Assembly: GCF_964204645.1 (NCBI RefSeq)
Contig: NC_134027.1
Span: 21,476,560 to 21,540,559, forward strand
DNA from: Tubulanus polymorphus
Lineage: Eukaryota; Animalia; Nemertea
Direction of reading: 5' to 3'
DNA length: 64,000 nt
Part shown: positions 1 through 13,649 of the stretch, in pieces
Numbering within the stretch: position 1 is the stretch's first letter
How the letters are laid out: each line of letters starts with the position of its first letter
Program-made: the position numbers and the translations under genes
The notes under the pieces: generated by a model
What the model was told of the DNA's origin: nothing
Seen by the model: only the letters and a program-made list of their open reading frames with translations
Database searches by the model: none

Positions 1-429
1 ATTGAAAATTGTGCGGACTACCTTGCTACACTAAAACAGCCATAATTTTTCTATCCATGGGAATTCTACCATAAAATTCTCAGATAATCATAAGAACATA
101 CTGCAGAATAGAAAAGAAAGCTTCGTTTAGCAAATATAAATATCCGCTATAAAATCAATATTTAAAGATGAGCGGGAAATACGATCATAAGTTGGTGTGT
201 CGTCGGCGCTGTGGGACATTCTGACGAATGCGTATTGATGTGATGTCAGCTATCCAGATTCATCAGCGGGTGTAAGCTAAGCATTACGGAGATAGGATCA
301 TTACCTGTCTTTCTGTAGGCCTATATTAGAGAGACGAGGGGCGTTCGTTGCATCTTGACTTGACTATGTTCAGAGTTTGAAGTTCGACACTAGGAGACTT
401 TAATGGAGGTATCTTCCACTAAGTTTCCG

Positions 430-562
430 AACAACCTTACCTTGTAGCTGGCCAGGCTGGGAAGTAAACCTCGGCTGGTCCACCCATCCCCCTCCCAATA
501 TTTATCCAGCCGACTCTTAAAGCAGTTGAGAGTAGGGCTAATACAACACTTCTGGGTAGGGG
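430..562 (-). mobile_element. CR1-like LINE 3' end fragment
   Basis: Minus strand reads LPRSVVLA/PTLNCFKSRLDKYW (one frameshift), the typical C-terminus of CR1-group ORF2. Confidence 0.55.
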
Positions 563-783
563 CCTAAACCATTTTTTGGCAGACGGTGGGGAACAATAAT
601 ACATACAGTATCATATCACGGTGTCGGTATCACTTGGATTATCAATTAATTTTAACCTGTATCAAAGCCCATTCACACTTAAGCGCCTGTGGATTTTCCC
701 CACCATGAGAGGCTTGCAGGCCCATCAGACTTGTTTGTACTTCAGAAACAATAATGTGTTATATCCAGTGTCATAGGCCTATG

Positions 784-1630
784 TAGTTAGTTACCTAATC
801 GTTGGTGGTAAGCTTTTTATAATCGGATGGGCTTATACCAACGTTAGGGATGACAAGGACCAAAACACGGTTGAAAAAAGTAACACTTCAAAAATATACT
901 TTCTATTCACTTCAGTCCACAATTAATGGCTTGATTCACAAACTAACACAGGTACCTTTCGAAATAATCCAATTTTATGTATGTTTCGAGTGGTTAATCA
1001 ACATTATTTTGAGAAATTAATTAATTTCTCCACCAATTTCGCCATTGGCCGCCATTTCTCTGTATTGCACATGTGGCATGATAAGACAAGGGGACCTACA
1101 AGGATTTATATAAAACTTCCAAGACGAAATGACAATTTTTAGTTTTGATGGTTTTCCAACTTATATTTCAAATCTTCGTGTTTTCCATAATAAATAATGA
1201 AATAATAAATTCTGGTAAAAGAAAAATGTGAATAAGTGTTGATTTCTTAATTTTTTTCAATTTCGTCGTTTCGTTTCGTTAGTTTGTGCTGTTGTCCTGG
1301 CCTCAGTCCACAGGTGCCAGCACCTCCAGTAATTTTCAAAATGGCAGCTGTTGACCCGACGGAAATATACTCTCACTTCACGGCCGATTTGCACATGGAT
1401 TAAGATCGTCAGGTGAGGTGTTATAGGTATCAGACAAACTACGAATCTGTTGTGCATCGATTAGAACAAAAATTAGACGGATATCTTAAGAGACAATGAA
1501 ATGCCAGGCAAATTACTCGTCAGTCAAATTGGCTGACGAAGATTTCATACAAAAATGACCTTCCCATTCCTGACTGTGGTTTGTGAAAATATCCGATTGT
1601 GAAACTAAACCACAGACAGGTTACTGACTA
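784..1630. mobile_element. Non-autonomous DNA transposon, copy 1 (Mutator-like by TSD length)
   Basis: Near-identical to 2519-3363; imperfect TIRs TAGTTAGTTACCT...AGGTTACTGACTA; 9-bp TSD AGGCCTATG at 775-783 and 1631-1639. Confidence 0.85.
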
Positions 1631-2171
1631 AGGCCTATGAATAGTATTAAGACACAGGATTGACCTCACATTAGTTTTTCCAATTCCGAGACATCCCCTG
1701 ATTTTCCCTCTCCTTGTTTTCTTTTTTTCCCTCAACCCATAATCTGAATACCAGATGTTGTTACAGTCCCTTACAAAGTCTGACGTCAAACTGTCAAATA
1801 AAGGTTAACTCCTGTTTCTTGCAGTGCACTCACAGATTCTGGGTCATAAGCTATTTTATCAAATATACTAAATGATAACCTTATTGACTTTGAAAATGTG
1901 TCTTATATTTGTGTTCTTGATGATTTATATCGGGAACTGGCAAATTCATTGATTTCATTGAATTTATTGTCACAATCGGGATATAAAATAATGACAAAAC
2001 TAATAGGCCTAGGCCTATAGTCCTATAGTTTGTTAGTGTTTTGTGAGGTTGCCGTTTAAACTTATCAGTAGCCATGATGTTTTTCTCGGATTTATTGCAG
2101 AATAACCATTCCAAAACACAAGTACACAATCAAAAACCCCAGAAAAAGCATCAAGTCCATAGGCTAGGCGA

Positions 2172-2349
2172 CACAGAGTTGTAGGTTGCTCATATCAGAG
2201 TTGTAGGTATTTGATGTAAAAACGATAATCTGTTAATCGTATGTCTATGTTAAAACGATAATCTGTTAATCCTATGTCTATAATAGACATAGGATTAACA
2301 GATTATCGTTTTTACATTTCCTACAACTCTGATACTACGAGCCCCTGTG
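2172..2349. mobile_element. Fold-back MITE, degenerate copy of the 7309-7428 family
   Basis: Inverted arms TATCAGAGTTGTAGG...AAAACGATAATCTGTTA / TAACAGATTATCGTTTTTACAT...CCTACAACTCTGATA...GAGCCCCTGTG. Confidence 0.75.
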
Positions 2350-2374
2350 ATCAGCGAGAGTGCCTTCTGTGTGT

Positions 2375-2516
2375 GGCTCGTCACATTAGCTGGGGGGTCC
2401 AAAATCAACGATTTGACCCAGTTTCCTAGGTACCACCTATATAAAAAAGAAATAGGTTGTACCTAGGATACTGGGTCAAATCCTTGATTTTGGACCCCCA
2501 ACTATCGTGACGAGCC
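2375..2516. mobile_element. Palindromic MITE
   Basis: Long inverted arms GGCTCGTCAC...GGGGTCCAAAATCAA...TTTGACCCAG / CTGGGTCAAA...TTGATTTTGGACCCC...GTGACGAGCC. Confidence 0.75.
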
Positions 2517-2518
2517 CG

Positions 2519-3363
2519 TAGTTAGTTACCTAATCGTTGGTGGTAAGCTTTTTATAATCGGATGGGCTTATACCAACGTTAGGGATGACAAGGACCAAAA
2601 CACGGTTGAAAAAAGTAACACTTCAAAAATATACTTTCTATTCACTTCAGTCCACAATTAATGGCTTAATTCACAAACTAACACAGGTACCTTTCGAAAT
2701 AATCCAATTTCATGTATGTTTCGAGTGATTAATCAACATTTTGAGAAATTAATTAATTTCTCCACAAATTTCGCCATTGGCCGCCATTTCTCTGTATTGC
2801 ACATGTGGCATGATAAGACAAGGGGACCTACAAGGATTTATATAAAACTTTCAAGACGAAACGACAATCTTTATTTTTGATGGTTTTCCAACTTTTATTT
2901 CAAGTCTTCGTGTTTTCCATAATAAATAATGAAATAATAAATTTCTGGTAAAAGAAAAATGTGAATAAGTGTTGATTTTTTAATTTTTTTAAATTTCGTC
3001 GTTTCGCTTTGTTAGTTTGTGCTGTTGTCCTGGCCTCAGTCCACAGGTGCCAGCACCTCCAGTAATTTTCAAAATGGCAGCTGTTGACTGGACGGAAATT
3101 TACTCTCACTTTACGGCAGATTTGCACATGGATTAAGATCGTCAGGTGAGGTGTTATAGGTATCAGACAAACTACGAATCTGTTGTGCGTCGATTACAAC
3201 AAAAATGAGACGGATATCTTAAGAGACAATGAAATGCCAGGCAAATTACTCGTCAGTCAAATTGGCTGACGAAGATTTCATACAAAAATGACCTTCCCAT
3301 TCCTGACTGTGGTTTGTGAAAATATCCGATCGTGAAACTAAACCACAGTCAGGTTACTGACTA
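2519..3363. mobile_element. Non-autonomous DNA transposon, copy 2
   Basis: Near-identical to 784-1630; 10-bp TSD GACGAGCCCG at 2509-2518 and 3364-3373, overlapping the end of the preceding MITE. Confidence 0.85.
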
Positions 3364-4243
3364 GACGAGCCCGCTGCTGTCCCAAGAGAGTGAGACCAGC
3401 AGTCTTGATTTTTTACCGTGTCGATTGTCGTCAGTGATGATGCAGCACTAAAAGATCCAGTGCTCTCTGAAAATACATACAAACCCGTAACAACCGACAG
3501 TACCACACAAATATACGACACTTACAGATGAATACACGGTAACAAAACAGTGGCAGCACCAGCAGTAGCATTCATCGTCATCTACATTTGCTACCGCATC
3601 TCATCCATCTTTTTAGTTTACATACACAGGCACAGAGGGAGCCACAAGCCAGCTCATCGTAAAGTGCCCTCCATTTTTAGTAAACTGCAAGCTATGCGAT
3701 GGGTGAACTTGCTATTTGTGTGATTCGTAAATAAATTGACAATTTATTAGGCTATTTCGGTTTCATACGGCGTGATTGCCTTTAAAGACATTGGCGACTC
3801 GTTCGCCATCTATCGCTATTGCAGTGACTCAGCGAGACTTGCAAGATTGAGTTGCCGATGCCGGGCCGATTCAAAATGTTGACTGGGTTATCACTACACT
3901 ACACCAGTTTGCTATATAAATTACCACACAATTTCAATGCACTTACCTTTGATAAGACAGTCTGTGCCCTAATAGCCTCCTTAGATGTTTTGAAATATTA
4001 ATTTAGTTAATTTATTAAGTTTAAGTTTATCACTATTAAGTTTATCCATTGCCCACTTGCATGATAGTTCTTTGATGATAGTTCTTTATATATTCATTAT
4101 ATGTAATGAAATCAAATGTAAGTTCATCAAATTTCTTAACTCATTATACCGATTTTAATTGTTTTTAGCCCCATGAAAAATGAATGATGTCATGAAAATG
4201 AATGAATGTTTATTAACATTGTCAGTAGTTCTCATAAATTTTC

Positions 4244-4360
4244 TTTGGCCTTTTTTTCCGTGGCCATTTTTTCCTTGGCCATTTTCCTAGGCAAAAACCT
4301 TGACCATTCTTTCCTTGGTCATTTTTCCTGGCCATTTTTTCCTTGGCCATTTTTTCCTAC
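4244..4360. repeat. Minisatellite of ~15-bp TGGCCATTTTTTCCT units
   Basis: About seven degenerate tandem copies visible. Confidence 0.8.
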
Positions 4361-5200
4361 ATTCATTTCGGTCTGGCAAGTCCTCGCCAAGGCATGTTTG
4401 GCATTGTGTTATTAGATACTTGTTTCGAGAATCATTTCCGGGTACCGGTAACAAATAGGCCAGGGGCCTTTACGCGACGATGCCGTTTATCTCCATTCTA
4501 TTCCAATGGAATTCATTCATCATAATTCAGCCCCAAAGAAATTTGTTCAGCTCTGATGTGATAACGACAAATATTAAGAATTTCTTTTCATTGAAATGTC
4601 CTTATTCAAAATCCCGTGTAAGGCTTATGTGTCGTAGCAATTGTTTAGTTGACATAAAATGTCATCTATGGGACAGAGCATCTCACAAATCTGCCATTGA
4701 ACAACATTCAATCGGGAGCCGAACCGGGAAGCGGGAAGCGGGAAGCGGGAGCCAGCTTCACGGGGGTAAATAAGAGACGTTTGTTTATCTTATTAGGTAG
4801 GCCTTCGTTTGAAAAGATGTTTTTAGATCACTGATCCCAATTGTCATGTAATTATGTCTGTAACCAGTTTGCTATTTTATAAGCACCACCGTTGTTTATT
4901 TGCTCTAAAAACTTGATACTGGTTATAGGTTTTGCATCAGTTTTAAATTTAACTTGAGAATAGGTAAAACACGAAAACGTACTCTCCGTTACTTGAACGG
5001 CACCTTCGCTATAGGAGACGATATTTAACCTAGTTTTGCTTCAGACTGCATAATGTTCGCTCACGCGTCCTTATCTTGTGTATACGACTCGACATATTGA
5101 TGCCGATAATCGGAACACTCGGACTTATACTACTTCGTTTCCACCGAATTTCAAGAGTCAGTAGTATATACGTATACTGGGTTTAGGATATACATCTAGG

Positions 5201-7069
5201 ATGGCTAACCGAAGACCAATATCTACTGCAGCAGAACGAGTCCGCAAACTTATGTTCGATTCAACGTGTGAAAATAATGCCGATTGCTCTGATGATATTC
5301 TAGAGGCCACGATGGATTCGTCGGATTCGTCGTTTTTCTCAGAAGAAGAAGATGAAAAAGAAGAAGAAGGAGAGGAGGAGGAGGATGAGCAACAACAGGA
5401 GGAGGAGCAGGAGGAAGAAGTAGAAATGGAAGTCCAGGATCATCCAGTGGCAGGGCGTGGTCGTGGTCGTGGAAGACCGCGTGGATCAAGAGCTCGGCGT
5501 GATATTGCACCGCATCGACATATGACTGATAAGAGTTGGTCGGACGTATCAGTAACCGATTACGGCCCGTCCCTGTTACGATTTCGACCGGTAGACGAGA
5601 GCGGTCCGGCTAACGTTGACCATTTACCAGAAAACGCGAGACCGTTGTCTTTTTTCCGGCTCTTTTTCACGGACGACATCGTAGATGACTTGGTGACGGA
5701 AATCAATCGTTACGCCGACGAGAAGATCGCCGCTGCGGGACCGCGGCTATTGCCAAATTCGCGCCTCCAGAGCTGGACCCCGACAAATTCGCAGGAAATC
5801 CTCCGCTTTATCGGAATTCTACTCAATATGGGGATCGTGCGATTGCCGAACGTCCAGATGTATTGGAGCACGACGTGGTCTTGTTCGCAATCGTTTTTTA
5901 GAGATGTGATAAGCTGCGACCGTTTTTCGCTTCTCTATCATAGCGTGTTGCACGTAACCCATACGCCACCGAACCGGAACACTGAACGCGCGCATAAAAT
6001 CACTCCGTTCCTCGCTAAAATCGTCGCAAGGTACCAGCACCATTACGTCCCGTACCGCGAAATAGCGATGGACGAATCGAGGATCGGTTATAAGGGTCGC
6101 GTGGCGTTTAAACAGTACTGCCCGAAGAAACCGGCCAGATGGGGCCTGCTTATGAGAACTGTCGCGTGTCCTCACACCGGATACTTGCTGAACGCGTACT
6201 CGTATTGCGGGCGCGACGACAACGTCGTTCCGGAACCCGGACTAACGAAAACGTCGCAGATCGTAGTAGACCTCGTGAGACCATTCGCGAATCGCGGGCA
6301 CCACGTGTTTTGCGACCGGCTGTACAGCTCGATACCGCTGGCGGAGAATCTGTCGGGTTTCATTATACGGGGACAATCGCGTTGAGTTCGGCCGGGATGC
6401 CGACAGCCGCGAAAAATGTACACGCTATGCAACGCGGAGACGTGCGCGCCTATCGAAAGAATAACGTACTGATCTTGAATTGGTTTGATAAAAGGGTCGT
6501 GACGATGATCTCCACGTTTTCGAAAGGAGACGAGCGAAGACACGTCCCGATTCGTGGTCGCGACGCGGAGATTTCGAAACCGGCGGTTGTGTTCGACTAT
6601 AACCAACACATGTCGGGAGTCGATCTACACGATCAACTAAACACATATTACGACAGTTCTCGAAAGACAGTCAAGTGGTGGAAAAAGGTGTTCTTTTGGC
6701 TGATCGAATCGAATTGTTACCAATTCGTACATTTTATGGAAACTCCACACCACGAGGCGAGTTCACCAGGCCACATCGCTGAAGTTTCGCGAGCTACTCG
6801 TCGCCGATTTAGTGCGTACGGCTGATCCCAAACAAGCGAAGCGGGGACGCCCATCGATAGGCCCGCCGGACGAGCGACTAAACGGCAAGTTTTACGCAGT
6901 AGCACGTGCCCCGCGATCGAGCCGCTGTTGTCGCGTTTGTAGCAACTATCGAGCAGGGAAGGAGTCGCGGACGGCGTTTTACTGCGGCACATGTTCTGAT
7001 AAGCCCGGCCTACACTCAGGAGAATGTTTCAACCGATATCACACTGTTAAAAATTACAAGACATATTAA
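5201..7069 (+). pseudogene. piggyBac (PGBD4-like) transposase with two frameshifts
   Basis: Acidic N-terminus; DDD motifs AMDES, FCDRLYSS, SGVDLHDQ; KWWKKVFFWL; C-terminal Cys-rich domain CRVC...FYCGTC...ECFNRYH; frameshifts near 6352 and 6715; TIRs and TTAA ends not found. Confidence 0.93.
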
Positions 7070-7308
7070 GAATTAATGAACAAACCTGTTGTTGTAATTA
7101 AGGCTGAATTAAAACAATTTATGAATTCAAAATCACAAATTGTATGTTTTTTTTTTCACTTTTCTCAATTTGGGGACAATTTTGTGGATCTTGAAGACCT
7201 TGTGGGTTTTAAAATCGCTGCAAGACAGTATACGTACAAGTATAGCCTAATATATGCAATGTAAATCTACAGGTATGATATATGCAATATATGAAGGAAC
7301 GGATAACA

Positions 7309-7428
7309 CACAGGGGCTCGTATCAGAGTTGTAGGTAATGTAAAAACGATAATCTGTTACTCCAATATACATTGGATTAACAGATTATCGTTTTTACATT
7401 ACCTACAACTCTGATACGAGCCCCTGTG
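7309..7428. mobile_element. Fold-back MITE with 8-bp TSD (hAT/P-like)
   Basis: Near-perfect palindrome CACAGGGGCTCGTATCAGAG...CTCTGATACGAGCCCCTGTG; TSD GGATAACA at 7301-7308 and 7429-7436. Confidence 0.9.
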
Positions 7429-7809
7429 GGATAACACAATTAAACGACATTCAGCGATTCAGGACCCTTTCAGCAATTCAGGACCCTTTGGATACGTTCT
7501 AGTAGCTCTAAAATATTTTCATGGAGCAAGAACATCAGTATCTTAGACTTGATTATGAAAGAGTCGCAGTTTTACCTTATCTATTCCATCTTGAAAGATA
7601 TGAAGACCGAACCCCGAGGGTGATAGTGATATTCATGTGATACTGAGTAATGACGCATGCGCACTGACGATGAATCTTTATTGTCCTAATCAAATTGATT
7701 TGGATATTATATCTACATCGAGATTGAGGGCTATGATTTTGATAATTCAAGTAACCCAATATCATACGGAAAGTGATATCTCATGTAATGAAAAGGATTC
7801 ATTGTTCTT

Positions 7810-10800
7810 TCGTATTTCTTTACTTTTTCTAAGATCTTGGAAATACATGGGAGTATTGATATTGGTCTGTAGTTTGAAAAATGTGAAACATCTCCATATT
7901 TGAACAAAGGTAATATCTTTGATATTTTGAAGGATTCAGGTACTTGCCCATTAATCAAACTTAGATTTAAAATATGAGCTAACGGCAGAGATATAGCGTC
8001 AATTACTCTCTTGAGGATCTTTTGATTGATACCATCATGACCAGTGTTATTACTATTTTTAAATTTTGAAATAATATTTTCAATTTCTAAAGAATCTGTG
8101 GGAGAGAAAAAGATATTATTTTGTTGTGGCGGACCCATTAAAGAGAAAAATGTTTCGTTAGTAGGTAAAATATCATTGGCTAAATTTGGACCCGCTTGTG
8201 CAAAACACTTATTAAATTCATTGGCTATACTAAAATTATTTTTGTACATAACACCATTCTGTTCAAAAACATCAGGAAATTTAGAATTTGATGATTTTCT
8301 ATTAATTAGGTCATCAATTATTTTCCAGGTTTCCTTGGAATCTCTCGGATTGTTTAACATAGAGTTATAGTGAAGCCTTTTAGCCTTTTTGATACAAGTA
8401 TTAAAAACGTTTCTATATCTACTGTAGATATCTCTATCAGTTTGAAGTTTACTAGACAGGTATCTTCTATAAAGAGAATCCTTCTTTTTTAAAGAAATCA
8501 ATAAACCGTTAGAAAACCATTCGTGTTTCTTGTCCCTATATATCGAAAACTTTCTATTGATTATAGGGAAACATTCCGTGTAATATTTGTAGAATACAAT
8601 ATAAAAGAGTTATAGGCCACACTAGAGCATATTAAAAATAAAATCTCCAGTCGGTTTATGAGAGTCGGTGTTTAGATTACAGATTTATGGCATTATCATG
8701 CCTGTTTCACGGTCGTTTATTTTGTATTGATTCTTCAATCTGTTCATCGTATTTATTCCCAGTAAGTTTATGGTTGTATGAACTCCAAGTATGTGCATTG
8801 TAATATAGTTCACCTAGGTCCAAGTTATTGTGCAAAATCAGTGTCTGGTACTATTTTTTCTATAGCAAACTTTATTCTTGTCAACTTACCTTACTATATG
8901 AACCCATGTAATTTTGTAAATGTTGTTCAGTTAAAATATAGACTTCAGCTTGACATCCAACTCTTCGCTCTCACTTCTTTGCCGTTAGTTGGTTTTGCCG
9001 ACATTTTCTGGTCCCTCGAGCCGGACGGAGGAAGAGTTAGCTGGTAAGCTGAAGAAACTGCGGCGAGCCCGTGGGGTTAAGAAGGGTATCTTCACGCGTC
9101 AATGCCTGAAGACTTGATAGCCATCACTGCAACCCGAGAAGAGCTGAAAGCTGTCCTGTTGCAGATAGGCCAATATGTTGACGCCATCGACGAGATTAAT
9201 GAAGAGTTGGCAGCCTTGCTGGTAGATGATGCGGATGTTCGCCGACGATTATATGGCCGAAGTATACAGGCAACACCGAGTAGCTGTCGAGAAGATCACG
9301 ACGGCCGTCCTCGAGGCCCGAACACCAACACCAACCGATGTTGAGACCGTCGATGAACTGCCTTCAGACGTCTTTATGCAGTCAATCGTTGATCAACTTG
9401 GTTTAGATGGTGAAGACAAGATGCTGCGACTGAATACAGTTGAAGGTCAAGGATCCCGGAGAGCAGTGAAGTTGGTGAAGCTAGATGTCGCCCCGCTCGC
9501 AAGTGGTAGCACACAGAAGCTGATAAATGTAGATGAAGTATGGTCCGTACCTGCCCTGAAGATTCCTGTTGCTCACACTCGACTGAAACCGAAGCAAAGC
9601 TGGTCGCACCTTGATGACATAGATGTCTCGTCGCCAGATGTCTTTGATGTTCAAGTTCTCCTTGGAGCCAATGTCACCGAAGCCATAGTCCAGCATAAAG
9701 CAAGAGTGGGGAAGCCAAATCAGCCCATAGCTGTCTGTACAAATTTTGGTTGGGCGCTTACTGGTCGTACCTGCATTTTCCTGTCACCAGCAGGCTCCAG
9801 TCCAAGCGTGTCCCTCTGTAAGAAGTCCAACGAAGAAAATGACGAAATGACGGCGCTTGTCAGAGAATGGTGGTCAACAGAGTCGTTTGGTGTGAAGTAC
9901 AGCAAGATGGAAGTTCAATCACTTGAAGATACGAGAACTCAGAAGATGCTGGAAGACAATACCCACCTTGTGGATGGTCATTATGAGACGAAGCTGTTAT
10001 GGCAAAAGTCCGATGTGAAGTTACCAGACAACAAACCATGTGCCCTCAACCGACTTCGAAGTGTGGAAACGATGCTGAAGAATGACGCTAAGAAGGCAGA
10101 CGCTTATAGCAAGACTTTTCAGACCTACCTAGAGAAGGGCTATGCCAGAAAACTGACTGCCGAAGAAGCCGATGTTCCAAGCCCGAAGCAATGGTTCCTA
10201 CCGCATCATTCTGTCTGCAACCCTAAGAAGAAGTTGCGTGTAGTCTTTGATGCAGCATCCAGATACCAGGGAGTCTCCCTCAACAACCAGTTGATGTCCG
10301 GTCCGGATTTCCTTCAAAGGATACCAGGGATTTTGCTGAGATTTCGGCATTAGCCTGTTGCTGTTATGGGTGATATTGAGGCAATGTACCACCAAGTGAA
10401 GATTGCTGTAGAAGACCAGCCTGCCTTAAGTTTCCTGTTGAGAGATCTTGGAGAGCCAGATGCATACCAGATGGTCGTAAATATCTTTGGTACCCGGTGC
10501 TCAGCAGCCATAGCTTGTTTTGCCCTTCGGAAAACCACTGACGAACCAGGAGTCGCTGCAGATGTCCGAGACGCCATTCTACGAGACTTCTATATGGACG
10601 ATTTTCTACACTCAGAGACGTCGCCACCCGAAGCAACCAGAATGATACAAGATGTTACTCGAGCTGTACGCCATGGAGGTTTCCGACTGACCAAGTTGCT
10701 AGGCAACAGCAGAGAAGTAATTCAAGTCCTTCCACCAGGAGAGCTGTCCGTATATGTCGCCACCGATCGTCTTCCCTCCGTGCGAGCCTTAGGTGTCTGG

Positions 10801-13500
10801 TGGAATGCTGAAATGGATGAAATTGGTATCAAGCTGCCTAGTCTGGAGAGATTTTCCCGTCGAGAACTACTCAGGCTAATATCCTCGATTTTTGACCCGT
10901 TTGGTATGGTAGCACCTGTCATCAACAGAGCCAAAATCCAGATGCAAGCTACATGGTCCAAGAAGTTACACTGGGATGCTGAATTGCCAAAAGAAGATGT
11001 TGTCCAGTGGAGAGAGCTCTTACAAGACCTGCCCAAGCTGTCAGAAGTCACGATCCCAAGATGCTTCAAGCCCACTGATGTTGAGCCTGTAAGAAGAGAA
11101 ATCCACCTGTTCTGTGACGCATCGGAAAAGGCCTTCGGTGCTGTCGCTTATTTCCGGATGATGATGCCGGATGGTACCACCCGTTTCTGTTTTTTTCATG
11201 AGCAAAACTAGAGTTGCCCCTCTGAAGAAGATGTCGATAGTCCGTCTGGAGATACAGGCTGCAGTCCTAGCTGTACAACTTGGCGAATCCATAAAGAAGG
11301 AAGTCACGTGTCACATTGACGAAACGTTGTACTGGTCAGACAGTAAGGTGGTCCTGTCCTACGTGTCGAACGAAAGCAAGAGGTTCCACATGTTCGTTGC
11401 CGTTCGAGTTGCCGAAATCCACGACTCTACCATTCCCAAACAATGGCGCCATGTACCGGGGAGTCAAAACCCGGCTGATGATTGTTCCAGAGGTATACCA
11501 GCTGCTGCCCTTGCTAAGAGATGGTTTCAAGCTCCAGTTTTCCTGTACCAGACTTCAGCTTGACATCCAACTCTTCGCTCTCACTTCTTTGCCGTTAGTT
11601 GGTTTTGCCGACAGTCGGCGTTGAAAAGATTTATATTGAAATCGCCCAATATGAAGTACGTACGCCCTGTTCTAGTTAAGTTTTCTAAGAGTGGTAGAAA
11701 ATCAGTGTTAAAGTTATTGAAACTTACATCAGGTGGTCGATTGATAGTGCCAACAATATGTTTTGACATATTATGTGGTATTTGGATTTCTATGAATAAA
11801 CTTTCGAATGTGTCATTTACACATGTAAAATCATCCAGTACCCTAAATCTAATGGTGTTGTGGACAAACATCGCTATTCCACCACCACGTGCATCCTGTC
11901 TACTTATGAAAATCGACTCATAATCAGGCAAATTATACATTGACTTGTTGTCATGTTGAAGTTTAGCCCACGTTTCAGTAAAAGCTAGGATCCCAAAATT
12001 GAAACAGAAGGAGTTTAAATATAATTGCAAATTTTCAAAATTCTCATTAAAACTCCTTATATTTAGATGAAACGAGGAGAAGTTTGATAATCCAAACTTT
12101 GATAATTGCGTTAAATCCTTATAATATTTACTACTTGAACCTACGATAAACTCAGGATGTGCATGACTGGCCATCTGCTAGTGGAATTGAAGCGTGATAG
12201 TAATACTTCGACGGCACTCACCGTTACATAATAAATTTTGCTCATTATGAACAAAGTACGCATATGTATTCACAAAAAAATCAATGTCAACAAAGAAAAA
12301 TTGACGCTGTAGAAAATTGGTGAACACAGCGCATACTATTAGCAATAAACCATACCGAGTAACTAAAGCCACGAGCATATAAAAGGATTAGCTCCTCCTA
12401 AATAATTTTAAAATGCTAAATAATAATTGTTATTAAGGAATTATGATTTGATAGGATTAATCAAACTAGGATACACGATTTAATATCTCATCAAATCTGC
12501 ATAGCCACTAAGATGGTGCTTCATGTTGTTAATGTCGGCCATAATTTTACCGTCATTCGACCATGATGCTGAAACCGTTTGATGTTTGTTCAGGTACTTC
12601 AGGAATTGAGCTCTGCCGCGAGTTAAATCCTCAGAGATACTAGTTTTGGATCCTTTTAATTTTCTACGCTGTTTGATAACCAGCTCTTTGTCAGTGTGAC
12701 GCACAAATTTGACGATCATTTTGTCTCGGAACACTAGATGGTTTTCCTATTCGATGCGCTCGGTCGATGTCACACGCATTGATATCAATGTTCAGGGGGT
12801 CTTTGAAAAATTTCGTACATTTTTCAAGCGGATTTTCGTCTGGAAGTTCGTTGAGTCCAAAAATACGGATAGAGTTTCTTCTAGTGTACATCTCTTATTC
12901 TTCGTAGTACGCATCAATTTCCGAGAGTTTGTAATCGACGTCTGAAAGTGACTTGTCGATTACACGTCGTCATTGTCGAATTCATCGATAGTGGGCGGTT
13001 TCGTCCTCTTAGAAGTTCTCGCAGTTGATGAAGTTGATGATGTTGAGTCGCCGGAACTGCTAGTTTCTGCTTTTTCCGTTTGCTTTTATTGGTGGTTTTA
13101 CTGTTTTTATTAACTCCAGCCATTATAGGAAGAACGTTGAACGAATAAACAAAAAGTAATGATCGTTCGACTCCACTACGTTCGTAACACTACAACATAA
13201 ATCCTTCATATGTGAGTGAATATACGGCGAATATACTGCGATTTCTTGTCACTACGTCATCGCGCGAGCGTTTTCTACCTGGTATAATTATGTTACGATA
13301 TCAAAATAACCAAAAACAGTCATTATATATGTGTTGAAAGAAGAAACAAACTCACGAGAGATCCACAACAGAAAAACATAACGTATACCATTAATCCATG
13401 TAATTTTCACGCGTATAGAATAAGTAAAAAAATTCAATAAACCAGCCTAGAAGGAGGAGCGAAATAAAACCGGTCTCACTCTAACGTCGACGCCATATCT
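7810..13500 (-). mobile_element. Degenerate non-LTR retrotransposon (CR1/L2/Crack group): ORF1, APE endonuclease, N-terminal RT; 3'-truncated and interrupted by BEL element
   Basis: ORF1 12480-13123 frameshifted (RRNSIRIFGL, IDRAHRIG, IVKF, ISEDLT); endonuclease 11614-12174 (HLNIRS, FTETW, GGGIAMFV, ILGDFNIN); RT entry 7810-8501 (GHDGI, NYRPISILPCISKILEK). Confidence 0.9.
8669..11613 (+). mobile_element. BEL/Pao LTR retrotransposon, internally deleted, nested in the LINE
   Basis: 5' LTR 8669-9003 (TG...CA); PBS TGGTCCCTCGAGCCGGA (tRNA-Tyr type); 3' LTR remnant 11550-11613 identical to 8940-9003; 5-bp TSD GTCGG at 8664-8668 and 11614-11618; pol motifs LPHH, LRVVFDA, YMDD, FDPFG, HLFCDAS, RLEIQAA, NPADDCSRG; in-frame stop at 10351 and frameshift near 11195; no integrase. 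Confidence 0.95.
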
Positions 13501-13649
13501 CTCATTGATTAATCAGAAGATTTTTTAACGTTTTCATTTTGTAAATAACTATTTGATAGATATTTTCATAATTCGAAAAACGTTTAGGCAATGAATAGCA
13601 TGTTCTATTATCATTATCATAAAGTGATTAATTAATTTAAAATCAATAC

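Noticed and set aside
4130-7600. Candidate TTAA-bounded piggyBac termini
   Set aside because: No matching inverted pair found around any TTAA examined
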